The notes beneath the pieces are model-generated. The model was given only the letters and a program-made list of their open reading frames with translations, was not told the origin of the DNA and did not search any database. A stretch of DNA of 64,000 nucleotides from an uncultured Chloroflexia bacterium (lineage in GTDB: Bacteria > Chloroflexota > Limnocylindria > Limnocylindrales > CSP1-4): NCBI GenBank assembly GCA_963813535.1, contig CAWEZH010000003.1:288001-352000 (forward strand), in the 5' to 3' direction. Each line of letters starts with the position of its first letter. The first letter of the stretch is position 1. The translations under genes were made by a program, and so were the position numbers. This document shows, piece after piece, positions 1-9,839 of this stretch.

Positions 1-1
1 A

Positions 2-466
2 TTGTTCAACGCGGCGATCGAACCGATCGTGGGACGGGTCCGGCTCGGTGCGCACCTGTGCTTCGGCAACTATCTCGGCCGACCGCTCGCCCGGCGGACG
101 TACCGGCCCGTCCTCGATGCGATGCTCGGGTTCCGCGTCGACGAGCTCGTCCTCGAGTTCGCCAATCGCGAGATGGCGGAGGTCGACCTGCTCGGCGAGA
201 TCGCGACTGCCGGCCGGGATGTCGCGGCGGGGGTCGTCGACGTCAAGAACTACCACCTCGAAACAGCGGAGGAGGTGGCCGAGCGCATCGACGCGGTCAT
301 GGCCGCCGGCGTCCCGGCCGAGCGCCTGACGCTCGTCCCGGATTGCGGCTTCAGCCAGACCGCCCGCTGGGCGACGCTTGCCAAGCTCCGGTCTCTCGTC
401 GCCGGGCGCGACCTCGTCGTGGGGCGCTCCGGCGCTAGTGCCCCAGCCCCCGACCGCGTCACCTGA
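2..466 (+). CDS. Cobalamin-independent methionine synthase catalytic-domain (MetE/methionine synthase II family) protein, 5'-truncated by window edge
   Basis: Zn-binding HLC motif (AHLCFGNY), E in LVLEFANR, and C-terminal PDCGF motif; the ORF runs off the window start. Confidence 0.8.
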   Translation: MFNAAIEPIVGRVRLGAHLCFGNYLGRPLARRTYRPVLDAMLGFRVDELVLEFANREMAEVDLLGEIATAGRDVAAGVVDVKNYHLETAEEVAERIDAVMAAGVPAERLTLVPDCGFSQTARWATLAKLRSLVAGRDLVVGRSGASAPAPDRVT

Positions 467-481
467 AGGAGGAGGATCCTC

Positions 482-1686
482 GTGGAGAGCCACCGCATCT
501 CGATGCTCGGGACCGGGCTGATCGGCGACTTCTACACGGCGACGTTGCACGGCCAGCGTGGCCGCGACCGGGTCGAGGTCGTCTACTCGCGAAGCCCGGA
601 GCGCGGTGAAGCGTTCCGCGAGCGCTGGTCGATCCCCGAAGCGACCACCGACCTGCGGGCCGCGATCGAACACCCCGAGACCGACGTGGTCGTGGTCGGT
701 GTCCCGAACTTCATGCACGAGGAGGCGATCTCGCTGGCGGCCGGTGCCGGCAAGGCCGTCCTGTGCACGAAGCCGCTTGGCCGGACGGCCGAGGAGGCAA
801 AGCGGATGCTCGAGGCGGTCGAGTCGGCTGGCGTGTTCGCCGGGTATCTCGAGGACCTCGTCTACACGCCCAAGACGCTGAAGGCGATCGCCGCGGTCGA
901 GGGCGGGGCGATCGGTGCGGTCACCTGGGTCCGATCACGCGAGACGCACCCCGGACCGCATTCGGCTTGGTTCTGGGACGGCCGCCTCACCGGTGGCGGC
1001 GCGATCATCGACCTCGGCTGCCACTGCATCGAGATCATCCGCAACTTCGTCGGCAAGGGGAACCGCCCGGTGGCCGTTATGTGCCACACCGACACGCTCG
1101 TGCACCCGATCAGCGACGAGGACAACGCCATCGCGCTGATCCGCTTCGAGTCGGGCGCGATCGGGCAGTTCGAGGTCAGCTGGACGTTCCGCGGCGGGAT
1201 GGACCTGCGGGACGAGGTGGCCGGCACGCATGGCACGATCTGGCTCAACCATTTCCTGCGCACCGGGTTCGAGATGTTCACCGCCGGCGGCGGGTCCGGC
1301 TACGTCGCCGAGAAGGCCGAGACCGCCGCGGGCTGGCTGTTCCCGGTCGGGGACGAGGCGTCGGAGCTGGGCTACGTCGATATGTTCAGCGACATGTTCC
1401 GAGCGATCGAAGGCCGGCGACCAGCCGCGCGAGACGTTCTACGACGGGTATGTCGTGAACGCGGTGATGGACGCGTGCTATCGGTCCGCGAAGAGCAGCG
1501 CCTGGGAGCCGGTCGAGCTGGATGTGGCGCGGCGGCGCCACACCACGGATCGCGTCGACGCCCGAGACGTTCGAGGGCCAGACGGTCATCAAGCGCGAGA
1601 TCCTGCCGGACGGGCGGCACAAGCTGATCCTCAAGGACGAGGCCAGTGGGGACTTCACGGACCGGGTGGTCGCGGACGGCGGATAG
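482..1686 (+). CDS. Gfo/Idh/MocA family oxidoreductase (two apparent frameshifts near 1415 and 1520)
   Basis: Rossmann [23 protein letters not shown]; strong RBS AGGAGGAGGA; C-terminus continues in other frames ([17 protein letters not shown]... then ...[24 protein letters not shown] at 1686). Confidence 0.85.
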
Positions 1687-1727
1687 GTCGAAGAGAGCGC
1701 CCGCCGCCACTCTCGGCCGGCCGACCT

Positions 1728-3023
1728 TCAGCCAGCCCGCGCCAGCGTGAGGTCGGCCGCGTCGGACGGGTATCCCGCTTCCAGCCATCGCCCGATCGAT
1801 TCGCGCGAGAACAGCTGGTCGACCACCATCGCCGACGCGCCGATGACCCCGGCCAGCCCGCCCAGTGACGAGTGCGCGATGCGGAGGTCGCGGGTCGCCA
1901 GCGGCAGCGAGCGGCGATAGATCGTCTCGCGGATGGCCGCGATGAACAGCTCCGGGCTGTTGGCCACGCCACCGCCGATGACGATCAGCGACGGATTGAA
2001 GAAGTTGACGACACTCGCGAGCATCGAGCCGACGCGCCGTCCCGCCGATTGCAGCATCGCGACGGCGATCGGGTCGCCGAACGACGCGGCCCGGGCGACA
2101 TCCTCGGCGGTCACGGTCCCGGTCTGGTCGAGCGCGAGCGCCAGCCTGGAACTCGTGCCGTCCTGGGCGACCGCCTCACCCGAGCGACCCAGCGCGGCCC
2201 CACCGGCGTACGCCTCGAGGCAGCCGACGTTGCCGCAGCGGCACACGACCGACGGGTCGTCCGAAACCTGGATATGGCCGACATCGCCCGCGCTGCCCTG
2301 TGCCCCGCGATGGAGGCGTCCGTCGGAGATGATCCCTGCGCCGATCCCCGATCCGACCTTGATGACCACGACGTTGTCGTGCCCGGCGGCCACGCCGGAG
2401 CGCCACTCCCCCATCGCCAGGAGGTTGACGTCGTTGTCCACCCACACCGGTGCGCCGTACCGCGCGGCGAACCGCTCGCGGATCGGGTAGCCGTCCCAGC
2501 CCGGCATGATCGGCGGCGAGATGGGTCGACCGGACCCGAACTCGACCGGACCCGGCACGCCGATGCCCACGCCCCACAACCGGCCGGGTACGTCCTTGGC
2601 CGTGGCCAGCAGCAGGCCGAACAGCGCATCGACCCTGTCTAGGCATGCCTCCGGACCGTCCTCGATGCGCGCCGGTTCGTCGTGATGTCCGAGGATCCGG
2701 CCGTCGAGCGTGGTCAGTGCCACGTCGATGCTGGTCGCCCCGAGATCGGCCACGAGGAGGTGGCCGGCCGTGGCCCGGAACGCGAGTTGCCGTGGCGGCC
2801 GCCCGCCCGTGCTGGGTCCGACCGGGCCCTCGGCGACCAGACCTCGTTCGATGAGCTCACCGACACGACGCCCGACGATCGCCCGGCCGAGTCCCGTCCG
2901 CTGGACGAGCTCCGACCTCGAGCGTGATCTGCCCAGGCGGATCTCGTCGAGGACGGTGACCAGGTCGTCGAGGACCTCGTCCGGCAGCGCGGTCGGTGCG
3001 ATGACGCTCGGTTCCGTCTCCAC
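1728..3023 (-). CDS. ROK family transcriptional repressor (NagC/XylR-like)
   Basis: N-terminal wHTH ([28 protein letters not shown]), [19 protein letters not shown] and [10 protein letters not shown] Zn motif; GTG start at 3023 inferred. Confidence 0.9.
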   Translation of the reverse strand: METEPSVIAPTALPDEVLDDLVTVLDEIRLGRSRSRSELVQRTGLGRAIVGRRVGELIERGLVAEGPVGPSTGGRPPRQLAFRATAGHLLVADLGATSIDVALTTLDGRILGHHDEPARIEDGPEACLDRVDALFGLLLATAKDVPGRLWGVGIGVPGPVEFGSGRPISPPIMPGWDGYPIRERFAARYGAPVWVDNDVNLLAMGEWRSGVAAGHDNVVVIKVGSGIGAGIISDGRLHRGAQGSAGDVGHIQVSDDPSVVCRCGNVGCLEAYAGGAALGRSGEAVAQDGTSSRLALALDQTGTVTAEDVARAASFGDPIAVAMLQSAGRRVGSMLASVVNFFNPSLIVIGGGVANSPELFIAAIRETIYRRSLPLATRDLRIAHSSLGGLAGVIGASAMVVDQLFSRESIGRWLEAGYPSDAADLTLARAG

Positions 3024-3058
3024 GTCGCGATGATAGGACCTCCGCACCTCGCGGTACG

Positions 3059-3083
3059 ACTTTTGCACTTGACAGGCCAAAGT
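3059..3083. promoter_or_regulatory. Putative ROK-repressor operator overlapping a TTGACA -35 box
   Basis: 25-bp imperfect palindrome ACTTTTGCACTTGACAGGCCAAAGT (ACTTT-N15-AAAGT) between the ROK gene and the divergent operon. Confidence 0.6.
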
Positions 3084-3145
3084 ACGATCACGCTACGCAA
3101 CATGGTGAGGTGTTGCGTAGCCGGGCTGCGGCCCGGGGTCATCTA

Positions 3146-3161
3146 GACTGTCTAGACAGTC
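3146..3161. promoter_or_regulatory. Putative GntR/HutC (DasR/NagR-type) operator
   Basis: Perfect 16-bp palindrome GACTGTCTAGACAGTC with GTCTAGAC core; a HutC-type GntR and nagA lie in the downstream operon. Confidence 0.65.
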
Positions 3162-3200
3162 GCCCAAGTCTTGCGCCCGGCTGGAGGAGGCCCGACGCCC

Positions 3201-4397
3201 TTGGTCAACCGCGCATCGATCGGCGCCGCCGTCATCGGGACGGGGTTCATCGGGACGGTCCATGTCGAAGCCCTTCGACGGATCGGCGTCAACGTGCGCG
3301 GCGTGCTCGGCAGCAGCCCGGAACGCGGGGCGGCACGCGCCGACGCGATCGGCGCCCCGAAGGCCTACCCCTCGCTCGACGACCTGCTCGCCGACGATGG
3401 GGTCCAGGTCGTCCATGTCACCTCGCCCAACGACCTGCATGTCAGCCAGACCGAGGCCGCGCTCCGTGCCGGGAAGCACGTGGTATGCGAGAAGCCGCTG
3501 GCGATGACCGCCGCGGATTCGGCGCGACTGGTCGCCCTCGCCGCCGAGACCGGCCTCGTCAACGCGACCAACTTCAACATCCGCTTCTACCCGCTCAACC
3601 AGCACGCGCGCGAGGTGATCGCCGACGATGGGCTGGGCCAGGTCCGTCTGGTGACCGGTCGCTACTTCCAGGACTGGCTCCTGCTCGAGAGCGACTGGAA
3701 CTGGCGGCTGCAGCCGGACCGCGGCGGGGCGCTGCGGGCTGTCGGCGACATCGGGTCGCACTGGCTGGACCTCATGACCTATGTCACCGGCCAGCACGTC
3801 GCGTCGGTGATGGCCGACCTGACCACCTTCATCGAGACGCGCCGCGAGCCGACCGGGCCGGTCGAGACCTTCTCGACCGATCGGTCCGTCGAGACGGTCG
3901 AGCGCGAGATCGCGACCGAGGACGCGGCGACGATCCTGCTCCGCTTCGACGGCGGCGCCCGGGGCGCCGTGAGCATCTCGCAGATCAGCTCCGGCCGAAA
4001 GAACTCGCTCGTCTACGAGATCGATGGTTCGGAGAGCGCCTGGGGCTGGGACAGCGAGCAGCCGGACCAGGCCTGGATCGGCCACCGCGATCGCGCGAAC
4101 GAGATCCTCATCCGCAACCCGGCCCTCATGGGTCCGGCCGGCCAGGCGGCGTCCGCGCTGCCGGCAGGGCACGTCGAGGGCTTCTTCGACACGCACTGCG
4201 CCCACTTCCGGGCGATCTACGACGACGTCCTCGCCGGGCGACCCTCCTCCTCGCCCGGCTACGCGACCTTCGCCGACGGGCACGACGAGATGCTCGTCGG
4301 CGAGGCCATCGCCCGAAGTTCCCGTGAGGGCCGGTGGGTCGACGTCGATCGGTCGGACGTCCACGCGACCACGGCGCCGCAGGAGACGCACGCATGA
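3201..4397 (+). CDS. Gfo/Idh/MocA family oxidoreductase
   Basis: GTGFIG, HVVCEKPLA, GDIGSHW; RBS GGAGGAGG upstream of TTG at 3201. Confidence 0.9.
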   Translation: MVNRASIGAAVIGTGFIGTVHVEALRRIGVNVRGVLGSSPERGAARADAIGAPKAYPSLDDLLADDGVQVVHVTSPNDLHVSQTEAALRAGKHVVCEKPLAMTAADSARLVALAAETGLVNATNFNIRFYPLNQHAREVIADDGLGQVRLVTGRYFQDWLLLESDWNWRLQPDRGGALRAVGDIGSHWLDLMTYVTGQHVASVMADLTTFIETRREPTGPVETFSTDRSVETVEREIATEDAATILLRFDGGARGAVSISQISSGRKNSLVYEIDGSESAWGWDSEQPDQAWIGHRDRANEILIRNPALMGPAGQAASALPAGHVEGFFDTHCAHFRAIYDDVLAGRPSSSPGYATFADGHDEMLVGEAIARSSREGRWVDVDRSDVHATTAPQETHA

Positions 4398-5308
4398 AGC
4401 TCGGCTTCCTGACCGCACCCTTCGCCGACACGCCGCTGCTGGACGTGGCCGACTGGGCGGCAAGCGCCGACTTCGAGGTCCTCGAGATCGCCTGCTGGCC
4501 GAGGGCCGACGGGCCGGTCCGGCGCTATGCCGGCACCAGCCACATCGACGTCAAGAACCTGTCCGAGGACCAGGCGAAGGAGATCGTCGACGAAGTCGCC
4601 GCCAAGGGCCTGTCGATCTCCGGTCTGGGCTATTACCCGAACCCGCTCCATCCCGATCCGCAACACCGCGCGGAGGTCACCGAGCACCTCAAGGCTGTCA
4701 TGGTCGCGGCCCGCAAGATGGGCATCCCGCTGGTCAACACGTTCATGGGCGGGGACGGCGCCAAGAACCTCGACGACAACTGGGAGGAAGCGCTCCGGGT
4801 CTGGCCGGACATCGTCGCGTTCGCCAAGGACCAGGGCGTGAAGATCACCCTCGAGAACTGCCCGATGCTGTTCAGCTACGACGAGTGGCCGGGTGGGCAC
4901 AACATCGCGACGACGCCGCGCCAGTGGCGGCGCATCCTCGAGCAGTGGGGCGACACGATCGGGCTCAACTTCGATCCGTCGCACCTGATCCTGCAGATGA
5001 TCGACATACAACGCTTCCTCACGGAGTTCGGACCGCACGTCCTGCACTACCAGGCGAAGGACCTGATGATCGATCGCGACGGCCTCTATGAGCGGGGCAT
5101 CTTCTCGATGGGCATCGGCTGGCAGATCCCGCGCCTCCCCGGGCTGGGCGAGGTCGATTGGGGCGTCGTCCACGGCGAGCTGTATCGCCAGGGCTACGAG
5201 GGCGATTGCATCATCGAGCACGAAGACCGGCGGTTCGAGGGTTCCGATGCAAAAGTGAAGCAAGGATTCCTCATCGCCCGGGACGTCCTCCGACCGTATT
5301 GCCACTGA
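4394..5308 (+). CDS. Sugar phosphate isomerase/epimerase family TIM-barrel (xylose isomerase-like/IolE-like)
   Basis: ITLENCP, NFDPSHL, HYQAKD, IEHED metal ligands; ATGA overlap with upstream gene. Confidence 0.88.
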   Translation: MKLGFLTAPFADTPLLDVADWAASADFEVLEIACWPRADGPVRRYAGTSHIDVKNLSEDQAKEIVDEVAAKGLSISGLGYYPNPLHPDPQHRAEVTEHLKAVMVAARKMGIPLVNTFMGGDGAKNLDDNWEEALRVWPDIVAFAKDQGVKITLENCPMLFSYDEWPGGHNIATTPRQWRRILEQWGDTIGLNFDPSHLILQMIDIQRFLTEFGPHVLHYQAKDLMIDRDGLYERGIFSMGIGWQIPRLPGLGEVDWGVVHGELYRQGYEGDCIIEHEDRRFEGSDAKVKQGFLIARDVLRPYCH

Positions 5309-5312
5309 CCGC

Positions 5313-6065
5313 ATGACGCCCTCGATCGACTCCCTCACCGAGCGCGACATCGCCAAGGCGATCGATCATTCCTTGCTGCGGCCCGAGCTCGATGATGCCT
5401 TCATCGAGGACGGCTGCCGGCTCGCCGCGGAGTACGACGTCGCATCGGTCTGCGTGCGACCGGTGGATGTCCCCCGCGCCATCTCGCTTCTTGCCGACAC
5501 CGACGTCGCCGTCGGCACGGTCATCGGTTTCCCCCACGGTGGCCAGCCGACGGCGACGAAGGTGTTCGAAGCGCATCGGGCTCTCGCCGAGGGCGCGACG
5601 GAACTGGATATGGTCATCCAGATCGGCGCGCTCAGGTCGGGCCGCGACGCCGATGTGCAGGCCGATATCGCGGCCGTTTGCGACGTCGCCCATGCGTCCG
5701 GCGCGATCGTCAAGGTGATCTTCGAGAACGCCTACCTGACCGACGATGAGAAGGTCCGGGCCTGCCACGTGTCTGAAGCCGCAGGCGCCGACTTCGTCAA
5801 GACGTCGTCCGGCTTCGCGCCCGGTGGTGCCACCCACGACGATCTCCGGCTCATGCGGGCCAATACGTCGCCCCACATCGGGGTCAAGGCGGCGGGCGGC
5901 GTCCGGACGCTCGATGCGCTGCTCGAGGTGATGGCGCTCGGGACGACCCGCATCGGGGCGACCGCCACGAAGGCGATCATCGATGACTTCCGCGCGCGCA
6001 AGGCCGGACGGGCACCCGCGGCTGCCGCGACCGGGGCGAGGCCGGATGGGGCGGGGTCCTACTGA
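5313..6065 (+). CDS. deoC: Deoxyribose-phosphate aldolase family
   Basis: IDHSLL, VIGFPHG, ELDMVI, VKVIFE, FVKTSSGF, VKAAGGVR, RIGAT. Confidence 0.9.
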   Translation: MTPSIDSLTERDIAKAIDHSLLRPELDDAFIEDGCRLAAEYDVASVCVRPVDVPRAISLLADTDVAVGTVIGFPHGGQPTATKVFEAHRALAEGATELDMVIQIGALRSGRDADVQADIAAVCDVAHASGAIVKVIFENAYLTDDEKVRACHVSEAAGADFVKTSSGFAPGGATHDDLRLMRANTSPHIGVKAAGGVRTLDALLEVMALGTTRIGATATKAIIDDFRARKAGRAPAAAATGARPDGAGSY

Positions 6066-6859
6066 TGGGAGCCGCCACGAGCGCGCCCGTGCTGGCGTGG
6101 CTGGATGCCGCCGGCCCGGTCCTCGATCGTCTCGCGGAGAGCCAGGCCGACGCGATGGAGCTGGCGAGCCGGTGGTGTGCCGACGCGATCGGTTCCGGCG
6201 GGCTCGTGCACCTGTTCGGGACGGGCCACTCGCGCATACCGGTCGAGGAGATGTTCCCGCGCTACGGGTCGTACCCGGGCTTCAACCCGATGGTCGAGCT
6301 GTCGATGACCTTCCACACCCAGGTGGTCGGTTCGAACGGTCAGCGGCAGGCCATGGCGATCGAACGGACGTCCGGATTGGCCGAGGTGATCCTGTCGAAT
6401 TTCCATTTCGGACCGCGTGACGTGATGATCGTGTTCTCCGCCGGGGGCGAGACGGCGGTCCCGATCGAGATGGCGCGTGGAGCTCGGACTCGCGGGTTGC
6501 GCGTCATCGCGGTAACCTCCCTCGCGCAGTCGACGACGACGGATCCGGACTCCCCAGTCGGCGACCGCCTGGCGAACGAGGCCGACCTCGTCATCGACCT
6601 GTGCACACCCCACGCCGACGCGTTGGTCGCCATCGACGGTGTCGACACCCCGGTCGGGCCGGGAACGACACTCGCGGCGGTCGCCGTCGCCAATAGCATC
6701 AAGGTGCGGACCGCCCAGCTCCTCGCGGAGCGTGGGGCGTTGCCGCCGACCATCACCCGGGCCTCGGTCGTCGGCGCCGAGCGCTCGCGGGCGTTGTTCG
6801 AAGCCGCATATCAGGAGCACGCGCGACGACTCGCTCGGGCCATCGCCGGGGAGGGGTGA
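6065..6859 (+). CDS. Single SIS-domain sugar-phosphate isomerase-like protein
   Basis: HLFGTGHS, IVFSAGG, VIAVTS, GPGTT motifs; translationally coupled to deoC. Confidence 0.85.
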   Translation: MGAATSAPVLAWLDAAGPVLDRLAESQADAMELASRWCADAIGSGGLVHLFGTGHSRIPVEEMFPRYGSYPGFNPMVELSMTFHTQVVGSNGQRQAMAIERTSGLAEVILSNFHFGPRDVMIVFSAGGETAVPIEMARGARTRGLRVIAVTSLAQSTTTDPDSPVGDRLANEADLVIDLCTPHADALVAIDGVDTPVGPGTTLAAVAVANSIKVRTAQLLAERGALPPTITRASVVGAERSRALFEAAYQEHARRLARAIAGEG

Positions 6860-6980
6860 TGGTGGGAGCGATCACGCGGAGGAGGTGGCGCCGATAGATC
6901 CCACGAGAGGGACCCGACACCGGGTAGACAGGTTTCGACGACGCGACCAGATCGGCGCGTCGACAGGAGGAGGACAGCGA

Positions 6981-8141
6981 ATGACCATGACTTCAACCCC
7001 CAAGCGGCTGTTCGGGCTGGCGGCGATCGCGGTACTCGCGGTCGCGTGCTCGAGCCCCGGTGCCGCCACCACGGCACCGAGCGCATCCGCGCCGGCCGCG
7101 TCCGAGCCGGCCGCGTCCGAGTCTGCATCGGCGTCCGCCGCGCAGCAGTGGAAGATCGGCTACTCGAACGGCGGCGGCGTCGGCAACGGCTTCCGTGAGG
7201 AGCAGGTGTGCACCGCCAAGGCCGAGGCGCTGGCCTCCGGCCAGGTGTCCGAGCTGACGACCATCCACCGCAACACCGATGCGGCCGGCCAGCTCCAGGA
7301 CATCCGTGACCTGATCGCGGCCGATGTCGACGCGATCGTGTTCAACCCGAACGATCCTGCGGCGCTCAACCCGGCCCTGGCCGAGGCGAACGCCGCCGGC
7401 ATCAAGACGATCTCGGTCGACGCCTACGTCACCGAGCCGAGCACCTACAACCTGTACAACAACCAGATCGAGTACGCGAAGCTTGGCGCCAAGTGGCTGT
7501 TCGACCAGCTGAACGGCGAGGGCACGGTGTACTACATGCGCGGACTTGCCGGCCACCCGGCCGATAGCGACCGCGACATCGGCTTCAAGGAAGTCCTCAA
7601 GGACTATCCGAATATCAAGGTCGTCCCGAATGCCGATGGCGTCGCCACCGGTTGGGATCCGGCCACCACCACGACCCTGATCAACGAGTTCATCTCGAGC
7701 GGCCAGTACGACACCATCCAGGGCATCTGGACGTCGGGCATGGACTCCCAGGTCGTCGACGCCATCAAGGGCGCCAACAAGACGTACGTGCCGATCGTCG
7801 GCGCGGACCTCGGGGCGTTCGTCGGGCAGCTGCTCAACGAGACTGGCCTCGAAGGCGCCGCCGTGACCAACACCGCCGCCGTCGGTGGCGCGGGTGTCGC
7901 GCTCGCCCTCAAGCTCCTGAACGGTGAGACCGTCGAGACGGACTCGACGGCTGCCCAGCCGAACACGGTCCTGCTCAAGCCGGTCTTGGCCGACAACACG
8001 AGCGACGCCGGCAAGACGACGCTCGAGTCGTGGCAGGTCGACGGACTCGACCCGCTCTGGCCGCTCGGTCTCCAGATCGAAGGCTTCACGACGTACACCC
8101 CCGAGCAGGCCGTCGCCTGCAAGGGTCCGGGCGAGGCGTAA
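6981..8141 (+). CDS. Sugar ABC transporter substrate-binding lipoprotein (RbsB-like)
   Basis: Lipobox LAVAC, Ala/Ser/Pro linker, periplasmic-binding-protein type 1 features; RBS AGGAGGAGG. Confidence 0.9.
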   Translation: MTMTSTPKRLFGLAAIAVLAVACSSPGAATTAPSASAPAASEPAASESASASAAQQWKIGYSNGGGVGNGFREEQVCTAKAEALASGQVSELTTIHRNTDAAGQLQDIRDLIAADVDAIVFNPNDPAALNPALAEANAAGIKTISVDAYVTEPSTYNLYNNQIEYAKLGAKWLFDQLNGEGTVYYMRGLAGHPADSDRDIGFKEVLKDYPNIKVVPNADGVATGWDPATTTTLINEFISSGQYDTIQGIWTSGMDSQVVDAIKGANKTYVPIVGADLGAFVGQLLNETGLEGAAVTNTAAVGGAGVALALKLLNGETVETDSTAAQPNTVLLKPVLADNTSDAGKTTLESWQVDGLDPLWPLGLQIEGFTTYTPEQAVACKGPGEA

Positions 8142-8219
8142 GCCTGCCAGGGTCCACCTAGCCATTCCGCGAGGGGATGCCGGCACCGCCGGTGTCCCCT
8201 CGCACTATCCTGAGGATCG

Positions 8220-9839
8220 ATGACCGTCGCGACCGACCTCTTGCTCGAAGCGACCGGGATCGCCAAGACCTATGGCGCCGTGGTCGCGCTGCGCGACGCG
8301 TCGCTTGCCGTGCGACCCGGCGAGGTGCACGCGCTCATGGGCGCCAACGGGGCCGGCAAGAGCACGCTCGTCAAGATCCTCACCGCCGCCATCCAGCCGG
8401 ATACCGGCACCATCACCATCCGCGGCAAGCCGTGGGTAGCCCGTTCCCCGGCCGAGGCACGCCGGGGCGGCATCATCTCCGTCTACCAGGAGCCGGCGCT
8501 CATCCCGGACCTGGACATCCGATCGAACCTCCGGCTGACCGATACGCCGCTGGAGCCATTCCGTCATTGGCTGGCCGAGCTCGGGCTGACCGGCCTCGAT
8601 CTGTCGAGCATGGCGCGGCACGTGCCGCTGGCCTCGCTCCGGATCATCGACCTCGCCCGCGCGCTGGCCATCGAGCCGGCCGTCCTGATGCTCGACGAGA
8701 TGACCGCCGCGCTGCCGGCGAACCTCACCGAGCGGGTGCTTGAGGTCGTGGGCCGACAACGCCACAGCGATCGGTCGGTGATCTTCATCTCGCACCGCAT
8801 GATCGAGATCGCCGCGGTCTGTGATCGCGCCACGGTCCTGCGCGAAGGCCAGACCGTCGGCGTCGTCGACGTGACGCCAGGCTCGGAGGAGCGGATCGTC
8901 GAGCTGATGCTGGGCGAGATCGTCGGTGACATGCCGGCCGCCGCCCAGCGGACTGCGAGCACAAGCGAGCGCGCGACCACGACCCCGCGCCTCACGGCTC
9001 GGGACATCTCGGCCCGGACGAAGCTCCAGGACGTGTCCTTCGACCTGTACCCGGGCGAGGTCCTGGGCGTCGTCGCCCTCGAGGGTCAAGGCCAGGACGA
9101 GCTGTTCGACATCCTGGCGGGCTCCGAGCGGCCGAGCGGCGGTGAGCTGCTCGTCGACGGCTCGGCCGTCACGTTCCGTCATCCCGCGGACGCGATCCGT
9201 GCCGGGCTGGTGTACGTGCCCGCCGATCGCGCCGAGGCGCTGCTCATGCAACGGTCCGTCCGGGAGAACATCGCCCTGCCGTTCGCCACGCGGCTCAAGA
9301 GCTGGGGGCCGATCAACCTGCCGGTCGAGCGCGAGAAGGTCAGCGGCGCGATCCAGACACTCCAGATCGACACGCGCGCGGCGCGCGAGGTTCGGCGACT
9401 GTCGGGCGGGAACCAGCAGAAGGTGACGATCGCTCGCTGGGTTGCCGGTGGCGTCAGGACGATGCTGTGCTTCGACCCGACGCGCGGCATCGACATCCGC
9501 ACGAAGGCCCAGATCTATCTGCTGCTCCGCGACCTCGCGGATGCCGGTGCCGCCGTCCTGCTCTACACGTCGGAGCTCAAGGAGGTCCAGCTGGTCTGCG
9601 ACCGGGCGATCGTGATCTTCGGTGGCCGCGTCGTCGCCGAGATCGCCGCGGCTGATGCCGACGAGCCCGCGCTGCTCCGCGCGGCGTACAACCTGCGCTC
9701 TGGCGAGGTCCTGCCCGAGGACGTCGCAGCGGAAGTCGTCGCCGCGTCGATGGATGACACCGCCGAGACCGCCGCAGAGTCCCTTGCCGGGACGGACGTA
9801 GAGACGGTCGCGGTCGAGCAGCCGAGGACCGACGCATGA
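8220..9839 (+). CDS. Sugar ABC transporter ATP-binding protein (RbsA-like, tandem ABC)
   Basis: Walker A GANGAGKS, LDEMT, ISHR, LSGGNQQK, DPTRGID. Confidence 0.93.
   Translation: MTVATDLLLEATGIAKTYGAVVALRDASLAVRPGEVHALMGANGAGKSTLVKILTAAIQPDTGTITIRGKPWVARSPAEARRGGIISVYQEPALIPDLDIRSNLRLTDTPLEPFRHWLAELGLTGLDLSSMARHVPLASLRIIDLARALAIEPAVLMLDEMTAALPANLTERVLEVVGRQRHSDRSVIFISHRMIEIAAVCDRATVLREGQTVGVVDVTPGSEERIVELMLGEIVGDMPAAAQRTASTSERATTTPRLTARDISARTKLQDVSFDLYPGEVLGVVALEGQGQDELFDILAGSERPSGGELLVDGSAVTFRHPADAIRAGLVYVPADRAEALLMQRSVRENIALPFATRLKSWGPINLPVEREKVSGAIQTLQIDTRAAREVRRLSGGNQQKVTIARWVAGGVRTMLCFDPTRGIDIRTKAQIYLLLRDLADAGAAVLLYTSELKEVQLVCDRAIVIFGGRVVAEIAAADADEPALLRAAYNLRSGEVLPEDVAAEVVAASMDDTAETAAESLAGTDVETVAVEQPRTDA

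Noticed and set aside
6860-6980. Riboswitch or leader before the binding-protein gene
   Set aside because: Only a short GACGCG/CGCGTC stem and an extra SD-like tract; no recognisable riboswitch consensus
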